DNA of 64,000 nt from Podarcis tiliguerta (taxonomy: Eukaryota), in assembly GCA_965153285.1 (NCBI GenBank), contig OZ229115.1; one strand, given 5' to 3'. Below, in pieces: positions 48,855-61,799 of the stretch; within the stretch, counting starts at the first letter, position 1; the number at the start of each line of letters is the position of its first letter. Made by a program: the position numbers and the translations under genes. The notes under the pieces were generated by a model. The model was not told where the DNA came from. It worked only from the letters and a program-made list of their open reading frames with translations, and searched no databases.

Positions 48855-49106
48855 GAGAGCCAGTGTGGTGTAGTGGTTAAGAGCGGTAGTCTCATAATCT
48901 GGGGAACCGGGTTCGCGTCTCTGCTCCTCCACATGCAGCTGCTGGGTGACCTTGGGCCAGTCACACTTCTCTGAAGCCTCTCAGCCCCACTCACCTCACA
49001 GAGTGTTTGTTGTGGGGGAGGAAGGGAAAGGAGATTGTTAGCCACTTTGAGACTCCTTAAAGGGAGTGAAAGGCGGGATATCAAATCCAAACTCTTCTTC
49101 TTCTTC
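48855..49106 (+). mobile_element. Squam3-like tRNA-CORE SINE
   Basis: Head gagagccagtgtggtgtagtggttaagagc, CORE-like gctgggtgaccttgggccagtcac and (CTT)n tail. A second copy lies at 57640-57896. Confidence 0.85.
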
Positions 49107-49279
49107 ATATCCAACATTTGCTGTATTATAGAAGCCCATCACACCTCACCCCCCCCCAATGTCTTCTATCCAGGCATTGGCCAGACACAGACCTGCTAAG
49201 CTTTAGCAAGGTGTTGGCTTCATGGAAATCCCTTTTCCTAGGCATCCTAATCTGATAGTCACCTTTTGTCCTTTTTTAG

Positions 49280-49394
49280 TGGCAAATGAAATGTTGCCGA
49301 TGTGATTCCAGAAAGCCTCATGTATTCAACAGTCACCGGGTAGAAAATGTCCTCTCTTCTGCAGGAAATACACGCTGGTGGCAATCCAAGAATG
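49280..49394 (+). CDS. LAMB3: LAMB3 coding exon 3 (LN)
   Basis: [38 protein letters not shown]; 115 nt, AG/GT. Confidence 0.96.
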
Positions 49395-49659
49395 GTAAGC
49401 CTCTGCCTTGCTTAGTGGGCCTTCAAGAAAAGCAAACAAACAGTGTGGACGTGCTCTGGACAATGTCTTGGTTGGATAGCATAGAATAGTAATGATAAGT
49501 TGAGTGGGGCAAGGGTTGTGTAGATTCAGCAAACAGGGCTTGGGTTTCAGTGGATTAAATGCAAAGGGGAAATGGATGACCTGACTAATGGGAAAATCCG
49601 TTCGCAATTTTGTTTTCACAACCAGCTATTCTAAAAACTGCTCTTGTCTTTCTCTTCAG

Positions 49660-49733
49660 ATGTGAATCCTGTCTTTCTTCAACTAGATTTGGATAAAAAG
49701 TTTCAACTTGATAGCATCTTGATGGATTTCAGG
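49660..49733 (+). CDS. LAMB3: LAMB3 coding exon 4 (LN)
   Basis: (D)VNPVFLQLDLDKKFQLDSILMDFR; 74 nt, AG/GT. Confidence 0.95.
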
Positions 49734-49843
49734 GTATGTGAATAATAACTCTTACACTATTTACTGGGGGTATAAACTTGAATTCAGATGGCCTTTGGAA
49801 GCTTAGCTGAATATTATCAGGACTCCAGATACATTACATACAC

Positions 49844-50454
49844 CAGTAGTTTTCAACCAGTGTGCCATGGCACTCTGGAGTGCCTTGAATGGTGGTCAGG
49901 GGTGCCGTGGGCAACACTGGCCTCTGTCCCCCTTTCCTTCCCTCCCTCCTCTGATGCCCTCTTGTGTCTCTGCCTCCCAAAGGCTTGTGCAGCTGTTTGT
50001 TGCAGCAGCCCTGGCTACAAGCGCCCCAGGCGAATGGTGCCTCTAGGTCTGATTGGGGGTTCTGGTTGCCAGGAGCTGAGGCGGCATCAGAGTAAGCAAG
50101 CAAGTTGGTCAAGGGTGCCCAGCCAGCCAGTCCACCAGCCCTTGTTTTTGGGGATGGACAGACAAGTCCTATGCCCCTGTGGGGCAGTGCGAGGAGGCAC
50201 ATCTCTTTGGGGCAGGGAGGGATGCAACTCAGAGACCAGGGGCGGCAGCAGAGGTGCCCATAGCACTCCCAAGGAGAGAGGAGAAGAGGTTGGGGGAACA
50301 CCTCACAAGGGGACGGTGTTCGAAAAAGGGTGAGAGGCTGCCAGCTCTGCAGGCAAAGGGTGACATAACTGGGTTCCTGAGCCCCAGAGGGGCACCACAG
50401 AATGGATGTAGTTGACCAAGGGAGCTGTGGATTCAAAATGGTTGAAAACCTCTG
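49844..50454. mobile_element. hAT-Charlie-like non-autonomous element
   Basis: TIRs CAGTAGTTTTCAACC / GGTTGAAAACCTCTG; imperfect 8-bp TSD acatacac / gcatacgc. Confidence 0.8.
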
Positions 50455-50960
50455 GCATACGCTATTATTGTTCTGCTGGCTTAGGCTGCATCCAATTCCA
50501 ACCCATTGTTTGTTAACGTTTTCAAAAAGATACAAGGAAAGGAGGAAAAACCTACATTAAAGAAACTGCAGATTTTCAAGAAGAAAATCAATTGTTAAGT
50601 TCAGAATCAAGCACAACATTAAGCATTTTTGTTCCATGTACATTTGCACCAAGTATATTGTGATGTGTTAATTTTAATTTTATGGGGGAGAAGGCACAAT
50701 AACACTGAGGGGCACTGGAAAAACCCTTATGTCAGGTCTGACTATTTATCCATTGAGCCCATGTCATCTATTTCTTTGGCAGAGATCTTCCCAGTCTTCT
50801 TTTATGTGAGCCTTTTTTACCAGAAGTGTGAACTAGGGATTTCACTTGGGATGGTTTGCATGCTCTGCCTTGGAGAAATGCCCTGCTCCTTTGAAGTATA
50901 TCTTATTTTGGCATGTCCAGTCCAGTCTGCTTTGATACCTCTTTCCCTCTGTCCCTCCAG

Positions 50961-51143
50961 AGTCCTCTGCCCACTGGCATGGTGATTGAGCACTCTACAG
51001 ACTTTGGCAAATCCTGGAAGATTTATCAGTACTTGTCCACAGATTGTGCCACTTCGTTTCCACGGATCTCTAGAGGTCTCCCTCAGACCTGGCAGGATGT
51101 GCGTTGCCAGGACATCCAGACTCAAGCACAGAATGGGGGAAAG
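50961..51143 (+). CDS. LAMB3: LAMB3 coding exon 5 (LN)
   Basis: SPLPTGMVIEHSTDFGKSWKIYQYLSTDCATSFPRISRGLPQTWQDVRCQDIQTQAQNGGK; AG/GT. Confidence 0.96.
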
Positions 51144-52141
51144 GTATAGCAAATGTGATGCTTAATGGATTTCACCAGACTTAAGACTTCTAGGACCTAA
51201 CTAGTTTGACAGCAGCCATCCCCAGAGTGACTTTACTGCACTGTGAAGGCACCTGGCTTCCACTCTTCCAGGTGCAGATCAACAAATGCCAGAGGGCCCA
51301 GCAAGCCCTTTTTGTGGAGAATAGGTAGCCCCTTCCAATCTATCTGCTCTAGGGCACAGAAGATTTCAGGTCTCTGGGGACAATTTCTTAAGAGACATGC
51401 TTGAGCTCAGGAATCCACCCCCTGTCTTGGAAAAACTGCCCTCTGGTGCATGTGGGGAAGCTGTTGAGTAACATTAATGAGGTGATATTCTGTGTTAGAG
51501 ATGCTTTCCCTCCAGCAGTGGGTGTGGCAACCCACTTGTCAAACATCTGACATCATAGCAACACCAGGTGATTGTCAGGTAAATCTTCCTATGTACTTAT
51601 CAAAGTTGGCCTGTAGGGCAGGGGACAGATCTGCCCGCCCTGGGGGGTGGGGTGGCAAAAAGGTTCCCCATCCATGTTCTAAATCATACAGGGAGTCTAT
51701 CTAGACAAGGCTTCTCACTCCAGAAGTTATCGCATAATTCAGCCTGGAGGAGCTGCACAAGTTTGTTTAATATGCAGTCCCACAAGTGCTTTGTTTCAGT
51801 GCTTCCCTTCCATGTGAGTAATGCATGAAGCAGGCTTGTGTTATGGCTTTCTTTAAAAGGAAAAAAGTATTGTGGTTTAAATCTGTTTCATGGGATTTTA
51901 ATTGCTGCTGCCACTTTTTGGCAAAGAGAGGGAGGGAGGAAGTATCACACAACCCTCCTTTGGTGGGTGAAGAGACTATAGTCTTCCTTGTAGTAGTAAT
52001 TGGGTGCAAAATCGCCATTTTAGTGCTAATGTAAATAAGCATTTGCCTAACTGGGAAGTGCCGTTGATAGCTTTTAGAATGACAGGATAGAAAATCCCAT
52101 GCTTTGACTGCCATCATTTTTTTCTCCTCTGTTCTTCTAAG

Positions 52142-52205
52142 GTTGAGTTCAACCCCATTGGTCTTGCATCTGGGATGAGGACACCTGAAAGCCAAAAAAT
52201 CAACA
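52142..52205 (+). CDS. LAMB3: LAMB3 coding exon 6 (LN)
   Basis: VEFNPIGLASGMRTPESQKIN; 64 nt, phase 0 to 1. Confidence 0.9.
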
Positions 52206-52909
52206 GTATGTACATATTATTTGTGTCTGCTGGGGTGGGGTAGGGGAAGCTTTTGGGGGATTTCAGGGAGCAGAACTTGTTTAGGCACCCAAGTGGCTGG
52301 TTTATAAAATCCGGTGCCTGAGCTCACTTTCCTGCTCCTCCTTCCGCATCCCCTTTCCCTTGTTTGTCCTATTTTTTAGATCATCAGCCTGAGGGCAGGT
52401 CTTAGAAATGAGCTTTGTAAGCTGCTCTGGGAGCCTTTTAAGCTAAAGAGCAGGGTGAAAATTATTTAAATAAATTTGACTCCTTCATATTCCAATGGGG
52501 TCAGTGATTTAAGGTTCCTGTGTCTTTTGTGCTGATCTGCATCTGACTCCAGTCCTGACAGCCTCACTCAGACTTTTGGTGTGCTCCTCAGTGCCAGGTG
52601 GCAAGTGGTGCGAGCTTTTTAAAGGTCCACCTGGCCTGGCAGGTGCCAGTGATGTTTGGTCCTGGGAGGCCCAGGCACTTGCCCAAGGATCACAGTTGCT
52701 GATGCTGGGCTCAGTTTGTTAAATGTGGTTATTGGGACCTAACAGTTACATTGTTTGTACTTCCATGTATTAAGAGGAAAACCACATCCAACGGCGTTCG
52801 CATCTCCCTTTCTCACTTGGTCCTTGTCCCAGGAGCTAAAGGCTTTAGGTCCCATCTCACTGTGTGTGTGTGTGTTTCCCTTTGTTTCTCTTTCTCTTGT
52901 CTCCAAAAG

Positions 52910-53097
52910 ATCTGGGCCAATTCACCAACTTGAGAATCAACTTCACCCAGCTGTCGCGTCCTGTGCACCAGGGGTACCGCACGCCCAGTGCCTTCTATGC
53001 CTTGAACGAGATGCAAGTGAAAGGGAGCTGCTTCTGCCATGGACATGCAGACCGCTGTGCTGCCCTGGACGCTGCTTCTGCAGGACACAATGTTATG
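52910..53097 (+). CDS. LAMB3: LAMB3 coding exon 7 (end of LN, start of LE1)
   Basis: LGQFTNLRINFTQL...FYALNEMQVKGSCFCHGHADRCA; AG/GT. Confidence 0.94.
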
Positions 53098-54682
53098 GTG
53101 AGGGTGAGGACGGGAAAGGTTGCTACAGATCTATGTATATCAGTTCTATTCTTCCCAGTTCTATTCTTAGATTCTCGCAGGCCTGCTCTGCAACCTGACC
53201 TCTCTTGACGGTTAAATTTGTCCTTACAGGTTTGTAGCGATACACCAGAAGCCCTCTGTGCTTTTGGAAAGCAGATAGTGTTTCCTTGTATTATGCAGAG
53301 TGCAAGTGACCGAGATGATAAAGGTCTTGCCATCTTCTCTGCCTTAGCCACAAAAAGAAGGTATTTGGCATAGCACAAAGGCCAACCAGCCTGCTTCAAA
53401 TTGCATTTCTGGCTATCTTTAAAAGGTCAATGACCAGCTGTCTTTGGGCTTAGTAAGGCAGCTACTAGCTTCTTTCTAACTGGGCTTCTGGGGCTGCCCA
53501 GAGGGCTGAAAGGGAGGGCAGAACAGAGAGTGGTGTACATGTTCTCCTTTGCACATCCTTCATTCTGTAGCTCATTTTCCCTCCTCATTGTAAACATCAT
53601 AGCTCCTCATCATAGCTCTTGGAGAGGAGAATGGGCAGAAGCAGAGAATGGGGATGGTGGAGAAAACCATTTTGTTCACATCTTGAGGCGAACCTATCCA
53701 CCATTTCACGGTTCACACCAAATCACAGCAGAACGCAGCAACTGTTTGAAACGTGCACTTCTCTGAATGTCGCAAAGCTGTTTTCCAATCAAAAACCACC
53801 TGCAAAAAGGCACATGCGAGCAGAAAGTGTGCCTCAGACTTGAACATATTAGTGAAAATAATGTACCAAAGTGCATTATTATATTAGAGAAAATGCAAGC
53901 ATGTGCATTATTAGACAAAATGAGGGGAAATGCACACAAATATGTGCTTTAATTTTTGTGTGGACTTGAAAGGAAAATGCATTGTTGCAGAAATGAGGGA
54001 AACTGAACCTAAGACTGGGAAAAAGAAAGAGCAACTGAGACAGAATCACCCCTGCCTAGCAAAAAGGACTTGAGAAAGAAAATAATGCTCTGTCTCTGTG
54101 GTCCCTTCAGATGGGATATGGCTCCATTGGGGCACAGAGGAATGTGTGCAAAGGGCAGATGAGAGGGAGTTTTCTCTTGCTTTTGTGCACAGGAGAGTGC
54201 AAATAATATTAGCCAAACAAAGTGACAGGCTTCTTGCAGGGGGGAGAGGGTGCCTCAGTACACCCCCACACCTTGATTTATAGGTGGTTTGCATCTAGAT
54301 AGAAAAGCAACATGGTTTCCTTTATTGTCTGGCCTGGAGCAGCTTGGACTGAACAGGAGTTTCCAGACAGGAACTTCAGAGTTAAGCCTGAACTGTGAGA
54401 GGCAGCACACACAAAGAAGAGGGATTACACAGTATGGTTTTTTAAAATGGTAGCCGTATTCACTCTGATAAGCTTTTCAGCCCTGGGAGTTGCAGGGATC
54501 ATCAGTATGGTCTTTTCTTTTCTTTTGCTTCTGATATAAAGTGCTCTGATTTGGCACGAATGCAGAAGAATATGTCCCTCCCCGCAATCAGAAGAGACAC
54601 AATGTGAGAATTCATAGCATACCGTAGAAGAGCAGGCTGATCTATGTTACCCGCAAAGCAAAGCTTTCTTTGCATCTTCTAG

Positions 54683-54803
54683 GTGAATGGACAGTGTGTG
54701 TGCCAGCACAACACTGCTGGAACAAACTGCGAACAGTGTGCGGCTTTCTACAATGACCATCCATGGAGAGCCGCTGAAGATGGCAACCCCAACGAATGTC
54801 ACA
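54683..54803 (+). CDS. LAMB3: LAMB3 coding exon 8 (LE1)
   Basis: [40 protein letters not shown]; 121 nt. Confidence 0.96.
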
Positions 54804-54895
54804 GTACGTATGCCTCTATCCAACTTCCTAGGGAAACAGGCCGCACTTTAACTGAGCAAAGCTGTCTTGGAGAGATAACTGGAGTTTATAAAATG

Positions 54896-55136
54896 CAGTG
54901 GAACCTTGGTTTTCAAATGTAATCCATTTCGGAAGTCCGTTTGACTTCTGAAACATCTGAAAACCGAGGATCAAAGGGCTGTCAGCAAGTTCAACGGGGG
55001 AAATTGAGAAACACTCCTCGGAAGCCGTTCTACTTCCGAGGCGCGTTTGAAAACAGAAGCATTCACTTCCGGGTTTTCGATGTTCGGCTTCTGAAATGTT
55101 TGGCAGCTGAGACGTTCGAAAACTGAGGTTTGACTG
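54896..55136. mobile_element. pogo/Tigger-like MITE
   Basis: Ends CAGTGGAACCTTGG...GAGGTTTGACTG|TA; internal ttcgga/tccgaa-type repeats. Confidence 0.75.
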
Positions 55137-55823
55137 TACATACTTTGTTCATTGTAGCCACTGGAAATATTGTGGTTTCTCCAATGCTTTTTTTATCTTG
55201 GGGGGGGGGGTGCAGGGGTAGACATACCCCTAAACATTTTGTGAATCTTTGTACTTTTGTCCATTAACTGTATTTAGTTTTCCCGATTTGAACTGTAAAA
55301 TGGTGATTTTCTTGAGTCAAAATGAGGGGAAAAAAGTACTGGGTTTCTCATCAGTTATGGGATCTGCAGATTCCTAAAAGGGTGGAGGTGATCAGGGAAA
55401 GGGGAAGCTGAGGTAAGAAGTACAGGAAGGAGTCTTTAAAAGAATCTACTAGCAAACATTTTTTAAAAGGCTGAGGCAGATGAGAGGAGAGCTGTGATTT
55501 CCATTTGCAAAGAAGCTAACTCTTTCTTGTCAAACTACCTCCATCAGTTTGGAGAAAACAGGCAAGTTTGGGGAAATTGCCGTGTGTGTATAGAACAGTG
55601 CTGGTGAATTGATGTTCCCTAAAGTCCTAAACCTTGCACTCTGGCTGTTTTGCATGTTCTGTGTGGGCCCACAATGTGATAAACCTTATGGATTTATACA
55701 CTTGCTGTAGAACTAACTGAAGAGGGAGGCCCAAGCGCCACCCAGTGGTGAAGTTGAAAAGTATAGGCACTATTGTTTTCCTTGAACTTCGTTTCAGAAA
55801 TGGCTTTGTCTCTTTTCTCCTAG

Positions 55824-56012
55824 GGTGCAACTGTAACGGTCATTCTAACAAATGTCATTTTGACCCAGCCGTGTACCAAGCCAGTGGGGGTGTGAGTGGG
55901 GGCGTTTGTGAAGACTGCCAGCACAATACGGCAGGGAGGAACTGTGAACATTGCAAGACCAAGTTTTTCCGTAATAAGCGTTTTGAACTTGATCACCCAG
56001 AAGCTTGTCTCC
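55824..56012 (+). CDS. LAMB3: LAMB3 coding exon 9 (LE2)
   Basis: CNCNGHSNKCHFDPAVYQASGGVSGGVCEDCQHNTAGRNCEHC...EACL; 189 nt. Confidence 0.96.
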
Positions 56013-56604
56013 GTAAGTGGGTGCTTAAGCATTTTCTTCATGAGTTTTTGCATAATCTTTTTTAAAAGATAATATTTGAATATGTAGTCTGCCTTATTCC
56101 AATGGTAGAGAGAATTCCCCTGTAAGATTGGTGCTCAAAAGAAACATTTTCTGTATTTTAAGTTGACTCTGAAGTGTAGATACGCCTCCAGATTCTTCAC
56201 CTCCTTCCTTGTGTCCCATCTTTGGAACTCACAATTCTTTTTCTGAGTCTCTATTTTGGTAACTGGAGGAGATGATGAGGCTTTCCTCTTGCTCCCCCCT
56301 GAACTAGAATCCTCAAGTTCCAAGTGCATTTTCCTATGCATTTAAAAGGGAGGAGCAGTAAAGCTGCCTTGCAGCTGACCAGAGAAAAATGAACGGGCTT
56401 GTTTTCCGAAATCTTTTGTGCCAATTTCAAGTGAGAGAGAGGAATCCTGAATGGGCAACCCTGTCTGCAAATGAAGAGTGGGAGAAAGAAATGATGAGGA
56501 ACAAGGCAATGCTAAACCCCTACACAAAGCTCAGATTTTGATGACACCTTTTTGCTTTGGCCTGTACCTTTAAAATTTGTTGATTCCATGTCTTCTCTTT
56601 TTAG

Positions 56605-56760
56605 CTTGTGAATGTGACCCAGATGGCACTGTTCCTAACTCCAGTTGTGACTCCCAGACGGGCCGCTGTGTCTGTAAGGACAATGTGCAAGGAGGCCGTT
56701 GTCATTTGTGCAAGCCTGGATTCACCCAGTTAACCAACTCTAACCCCCAAGGTTGCAGAG
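56605..56760 (+). CDS. LAMB3: LAMB3 coding exon 10 (LE3)
   Basis: [51 protein letters not shown]; 156 nt. Confidence 0.96.
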
Positions 56761-57639
56761 GTTAGTCAAATTTCAACCACGCCAAGCTAGATGTGGGCAT
56801 GGTGGAGATAGCCACCTCCTGCTGTTTATTAACAATCAAACGTTTATTTCTTTGGGAGGGCCCTTTATACACTGTGATAGAGATAGATAAATATGTAGAT
56901 TAAAGCTATCTAAACTAGTAGCGATCACTACATCCCATTACAATTCATTCCATACATGAAAACTGTACAGTGGGTGAACAAATTCTTCCCTTGTGTTTGT
57001 TTGGAACCTATAGCCATTCTCATGTTTTGAGAGACAAGCATTTCTTTCTCCACTGTTCCTAATTTTATAAAGCTCTCACATGACCCCTATTTAGTTACCT
57101 CAAAGGCCCCAAATCAGTCAAACACGTGTCTTCATGGGGGACCCACCCTCTTTGGTAATCCTTTCTCTGTAACTCAAGAGACCATAATATTGGTGAAGCT
57201 CTGCTTGTGCTGTTGCACTAGTATGGATGCAGCACATAAGCTGTGAGAAGATCAATTCAATGTGAGCAAAACCTGGACCATTTTCACACAGCCACCACCA
57301 GCAAGCCAGCAGTCAATCACACTGGGCAAGTTGAGTTAACTCTTTATTAGCAAAAAAAACCAGGATCTGCACAGGGCTGTCAGGTCTAATGAGCATAGAA
57401 ACTCATCTCTGGTAGGTCTTGCCACCTTGAAGCAGTTGCTGAAACTGCTGCCCAAGTCCCCTCCTTTCTGGGGTTTACCCTAAGCAATCTGAGACTGTAC
57501 CTGTGTGAAGCTATCTCCTGGTTCTGGGATACCAGGGGTGGGGTGGGGTGGAGCTTGTTGCAGCAGGAGGGGGAGACACTCATGCCTCTTCACCAGCTGG
57601 AGTTGTCTCTCTCTCTTGGCCTCCCTGCTTTCCTGCTTT

Positions 57640-57896
57640 AGAGCCAGTGTGGTGTAGTGGTTAAGAGCGGTGGACTCGTAATCTGGTGAACCGGGTTCGC
57701 GTCCCCGCTCCTTCACATGCAGCTGCTGGGTGACCTTGGGCGAGTCACACTTCTTTGAAGTCTCTCAGCCCCACTCAACTCACAGAGTGTTTGTTGTGGG
57801 GGAGGAAGGGAAAGGATAATGTTAGCCGCTTTGAGACTCCTTAGGGTACTGATAAAGCGGGATATCAAATCCAAACTCCTCCTCCTCCTCTTCTTC
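57640..57896 (+). mobile_element. Squam3-like tRNA-CORE SINE
   Basis: Highly similar to 48855-49106; (CTC/CTT)n tail. Confidence 0.85.
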
Positions 57897-58537
57897 CCCT
57901 GATAAAGAACTTCTCTCTGCCACAGACTCTTCCTGCTCACTAAACCCTGTTACCTCTTCACCTTCCAACACCTCCTCCTCCCAGTCTTCTTCCTCTTCTC
58001 CCTCTAACCACTCATTGTTGTCCCACCACTAGTCCCCTGGCTCTAAGCCGCCTTCCCCTGGGGGTTCCCCAGCTCATTTCTCCCATCATTTCTCTGCATT
58101 CAACCAGTCCACAACAGCATACTATGTAAGGGCAATCTAGCCTTAAAAAAAATGTTTTTTTAAACAGAACAGGTTGAAACATTCAAAACGTAGCCCTAGG
58201 AAGATGGAAAAAGAGGGAAAGAGTTTTTCTTTCAATTTCACACAGATTTGAAGATCTTAACGCTTATCCTCCAGGCAGGTCCCTTGTGGCATATGGTTTC
58301 AACTGAGGCTTGGCTTACATAACCAATCTCACGTCTCTAGATCCACCTTCATTTATCCGTCGCAATCTCTTGGGCAGACCTTGCCTTGCTTTAGATTAAA
58401 ATGAAATGTAGCCTCTGCAAGTGGCTATACTGATGGGTTTCAGCTGCCTCCCAGCAGGTGGCAGTAGCTGCTTTGCTAAGCTTGATCTTGGAGAACAGCC
58501 GCAGAACATGACAGCAATAGCTGGACAGAATCACCTT

Positions 58538-58716
58538 GGGGAAGGACCGTAGCCTAGTGGCACAGCAAATGCCTTCCATGCAGAAGGTTCCAGGTTCAGT
58601 CCCCGGCATCTCCAGCTGGGAATGTTCTCTTCATGGAACCTTGGAGAGCTACTGCCAGTCAGTGTGTGAGGTGGACTAGTTTGCTGGCTCAATAGAAGGC
58701 AGTTTTGTACGTTCCT
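58538..58716 (+). mobile_element. tRNA-derived SINE
   Basis: gggaaggaccgtagcctagtgg...ggttcagtccccggcatctcc; same family as the split SINE at 17494. Confidence 0.7.
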
Positions 58717-59054
58717 GCCATTATTCATTAGAAGCCTGACCTCCTGTGGTCAGCTGAGGGGGGGGGAGGGTCTGTGCTGAGGAAACAAATCTAAATTCAC
58801 GGAACAATATCTGCTTGGATATGACTAGTATCTGGAGTGGTAATGGGCACTGTCTGTCATAGCCTCAGTTCAAAACTGTAATTGATTAGTGATGTTGCTA
58901 AAGAGTGCATCTCCTTAATTTGAAATGCAGACCTTGGTGTCTCATGATGCTCTGCTCCAGTCTGAGATGCATGCTTTGATAATTGCAATGTCTGTGGTGA
59001 CATCAAGCATGAAGAGCAACCAGCCTTCATTCTTAATTTGATGCTGAATAGATT

Positions 59055-59860
59055 TAGTAAATTTCTATACCACCCTTCATCTAAGGCGCACAGGGGGGCT
59101 TACAATATAATAGCACAAAAGTGGATAACAAATGAAAACAATACCCCATCCGTCACACAGTTTTAAAAGCCATAGATTGTTTAATTAGCCAAAGGCCTGG
59201 GAGAAGAGGAATGTTTTCCCCTGGTGCCTAAAGATGTGCAAACTAAAGATGTGTAATGAAGGCACCAGGTGAGCCTCCCTGGGGAGAGCATTCCTCAAGT
59301 GGGGAGCCAGCACCCGCCCACTGCCGCATCTGCAGATGTAAAGGAGAAGTAGAGCTGTGTTTTGTCAGCATATTGCTGACAATGTACTCCAAAGCTCTGG
59401 GTGACCCCACCCAGCAGTTTCATGTAGATGTTAAACAGCATGGGGGATAAAATTGAACCATGAGGAACCCCACATTGAAGGCTTCATAGTGTTGAAGAGC
59501 ACTCCCTGAGCACCACCCTTTGGAAAGGTCTGTCCAAGTAGGACTGGAACCACCGTAAGTGGTGCTGCCCTCAACTCAGACATCTGCCCCAGATACCGTG
59601 GCCAATGGTATTGAAAGCCTGTGAGACATCAAGGACACATTGATGAGAGGTTGAGGACATGAGGATACATTTCCCCTGTCTCTCCCCCAACAGAGGTGGT
59701 CACGAAGGGTGGCCAAAGCAGTTTCTGTGCTAAAACCAGCCCTAAACATTGACTGAAATGGTCTAGAAAATCAGTTTCCTCCAACAGCACCAGGATCTGG
59801 TCTGCAGCCAGATGGGTGGGGATCACCGACACTTCCAGGGAGATCCTTTCCTTCTTCCAG
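59055..59860 (-). mobile_element. L2-like LINE fragments (RT remnant and 3' end)
   Basis: The minus-strand translation near 59400-59480, LQCGVPHGSILSPMLFNIYM, is an RT motif; L2-type 3' end near 59055-59290. Confidence 0.65.
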
Positions 59861-60288
59861 ATCAATGTGTTGCAGGAAGTCTATAGCAGAGCTGGGGACT
59901 GGAGGCGAATCTGCCCCCAACACCCCTCCGTATCTGGCCCTCTGGACGTTCCCCTTGCTTGGCTGGATGGAAGACAGAGAGGGGTATATAGAAAATAGCC
60001 TACTGCAGAAAGGTCACATTTACATTCATTGGCCCACCTTCTTTTGCCCCTGGCTCCACCTGCCATTGGCATGACTTTCAAAACCTGGAGCCAGCACTGA
60101 AGGGAAAGAATTTTAGAACATGACTTTGCTACTGGCGGACTGAAGGGTTTCATCAGCTTTGATTTTATCTATTTAATTCTATATCACCCTGTACCCACAG
60201 GTTCACAGGAGACCTGATAACTCCTGAGCACACCCCAGGAGCATCCCCCAGTAGTTCCGACACAAATGCTGGCTCCTTTGTTTTCCAG

Positions 60289-60485
60289 ATTGCGCCTGCA
60301 GTGTTTTAGGCAGCCGCCGCAACGTGCCCTGCGACGACGAGACGGGCCGCTGTTCTTGCCTCCCCAATGTGGTGGGAGACAAGTGTGATGAATGCGCCGC
60401 CAATCACTGGAAAATTGCAAGTGGGCAGGGCTGTCAGGCTTGCAACTGTGACCCTCAGCATTCACACAGCCCTCAGTGTAACCAG
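60289..60485 (+). CDS. LAMB3: LAMB3 coding exon 11 (LE4/LE5)
   Basis: [35 protein letters not shown]...[15 protein letters not shown]; 197 nt. Confidence 0.96.
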
Positions 60486-61418
60486 GTACGGCCCACGAAG
60501 CAGCAGTGCAGCAGCTTACAGCTCTAGAGGTGGGCGGGAAGAGGGAAATTCTGGGCCATTGCACTTTGTAGCACCACGATCAGGGCATTGTCTTCTTAGT
60601 TCTGCAGAGAGCGGGGGAAGCTGTTTTGCTCAGTATCTAGGCTACCGTTGAGAGTACTTAGTACATTCGGTGGTATTGGGTGGTAATGCTTTCTGCAGAT
60701 TTTACTAACTGAGGCTGTATATCTGGGCGTGGGGGTTGCTGTTGCCTGTTTGAATTAGGGATGGAGGAAAAATTCATTTTAAAGCAAAGTGGCCTCATTT
60801 GCTGGTCCCTGATGGCTATGTGGATTAAAATGCAGCTGTCCATCAGATCACACATTTCTCTGGATTTTGCGAGGCAGTTTTTAAAAATGCACACGAAATT
60901 TATGTTTTATGGAAAAATGCACACAACAATGCATATTTGTGGGGGAGCATTAAAAAGCATACAGGACTGTGGCTGGTAACCAATTGACTTTTACTCAGAG
61001 TAGATCCATTGAGATGAATAAGCCTGAGTTGGTCATGTCCATCAATTTCAATGGGCCTCCTCCGAGTAGGAATAGCATTGGTTGCAATCCCATGTATTTA
61101 AGGGGAAGGATGAGTACAACATGTGTACCATTTAAATGTAATTTTTCTTTTGCATTAAAAAAATCCCAACACTGTAAAACGTAGAATGTAACAGACCAAA
61201 AACTGAACATAATGCTCAAATACATGTGAAACTGACCTGATTTTTCCATTCCTACCACAAATGCTTTCTCATGAAAAACAAGCAGCTGAGGCCGAAGTTG
61301 GAGCTTTTCTTTGTAAACCCCTTCTGGAACTCAATTATTCTCCAGACCAACAGGCCTATTTCTGCAGTTCTGTGTCAAAGTGATTTCCTCCCTGGCATCC
61401 TTCTCTCTTGTTCTGCAG

Positions 61419-61530
61419 TTTACAGGGCAGTGTCCATGCAGAGAAGGCTATGGGGGCCTGACATGCTCTGCTCCTGAAGTACGGGTTTGTCCGGACCAGT
61501 CTTATGGAGATGTCAGGACAGGATGTAGAG
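61419..61530 (+). CDS. LAMB3: LAMB3 coding exon 12 (LE5)
   Basis: [37 protein letters not shown]; 112 nt. Confidence 0.96.
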
Positions 61531-61799
61531 GTAAGGAATGCAGGTTGCACCCACCTGTAAACCACTGGGTATTTAAATGGTTCTTGCCACCTTGCTGTTC
61601 CATCTAACTCAGGTCTGGTGGAGCCTGTGGCCCTCCCAGTGTGGTTGTAGTTCATCTCCCACCTTCTCTAACAGCTGGCTGTTGGGGAGAAGAGTGAGCA
61701 GCCAGAGGGATGCACTGCGGAAATGTCAGCCTGTAACCAGCAAGTAAAGCCTGTGACTATTTTTGAGGGATCCAGACCCTTCTTGTTCTCTTTCAACAG

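Noticed and set aside
49788-50535. 181-aa and 233-aa ORFs
   Set aside because: They coincide with the hAT-Charlie-like element.
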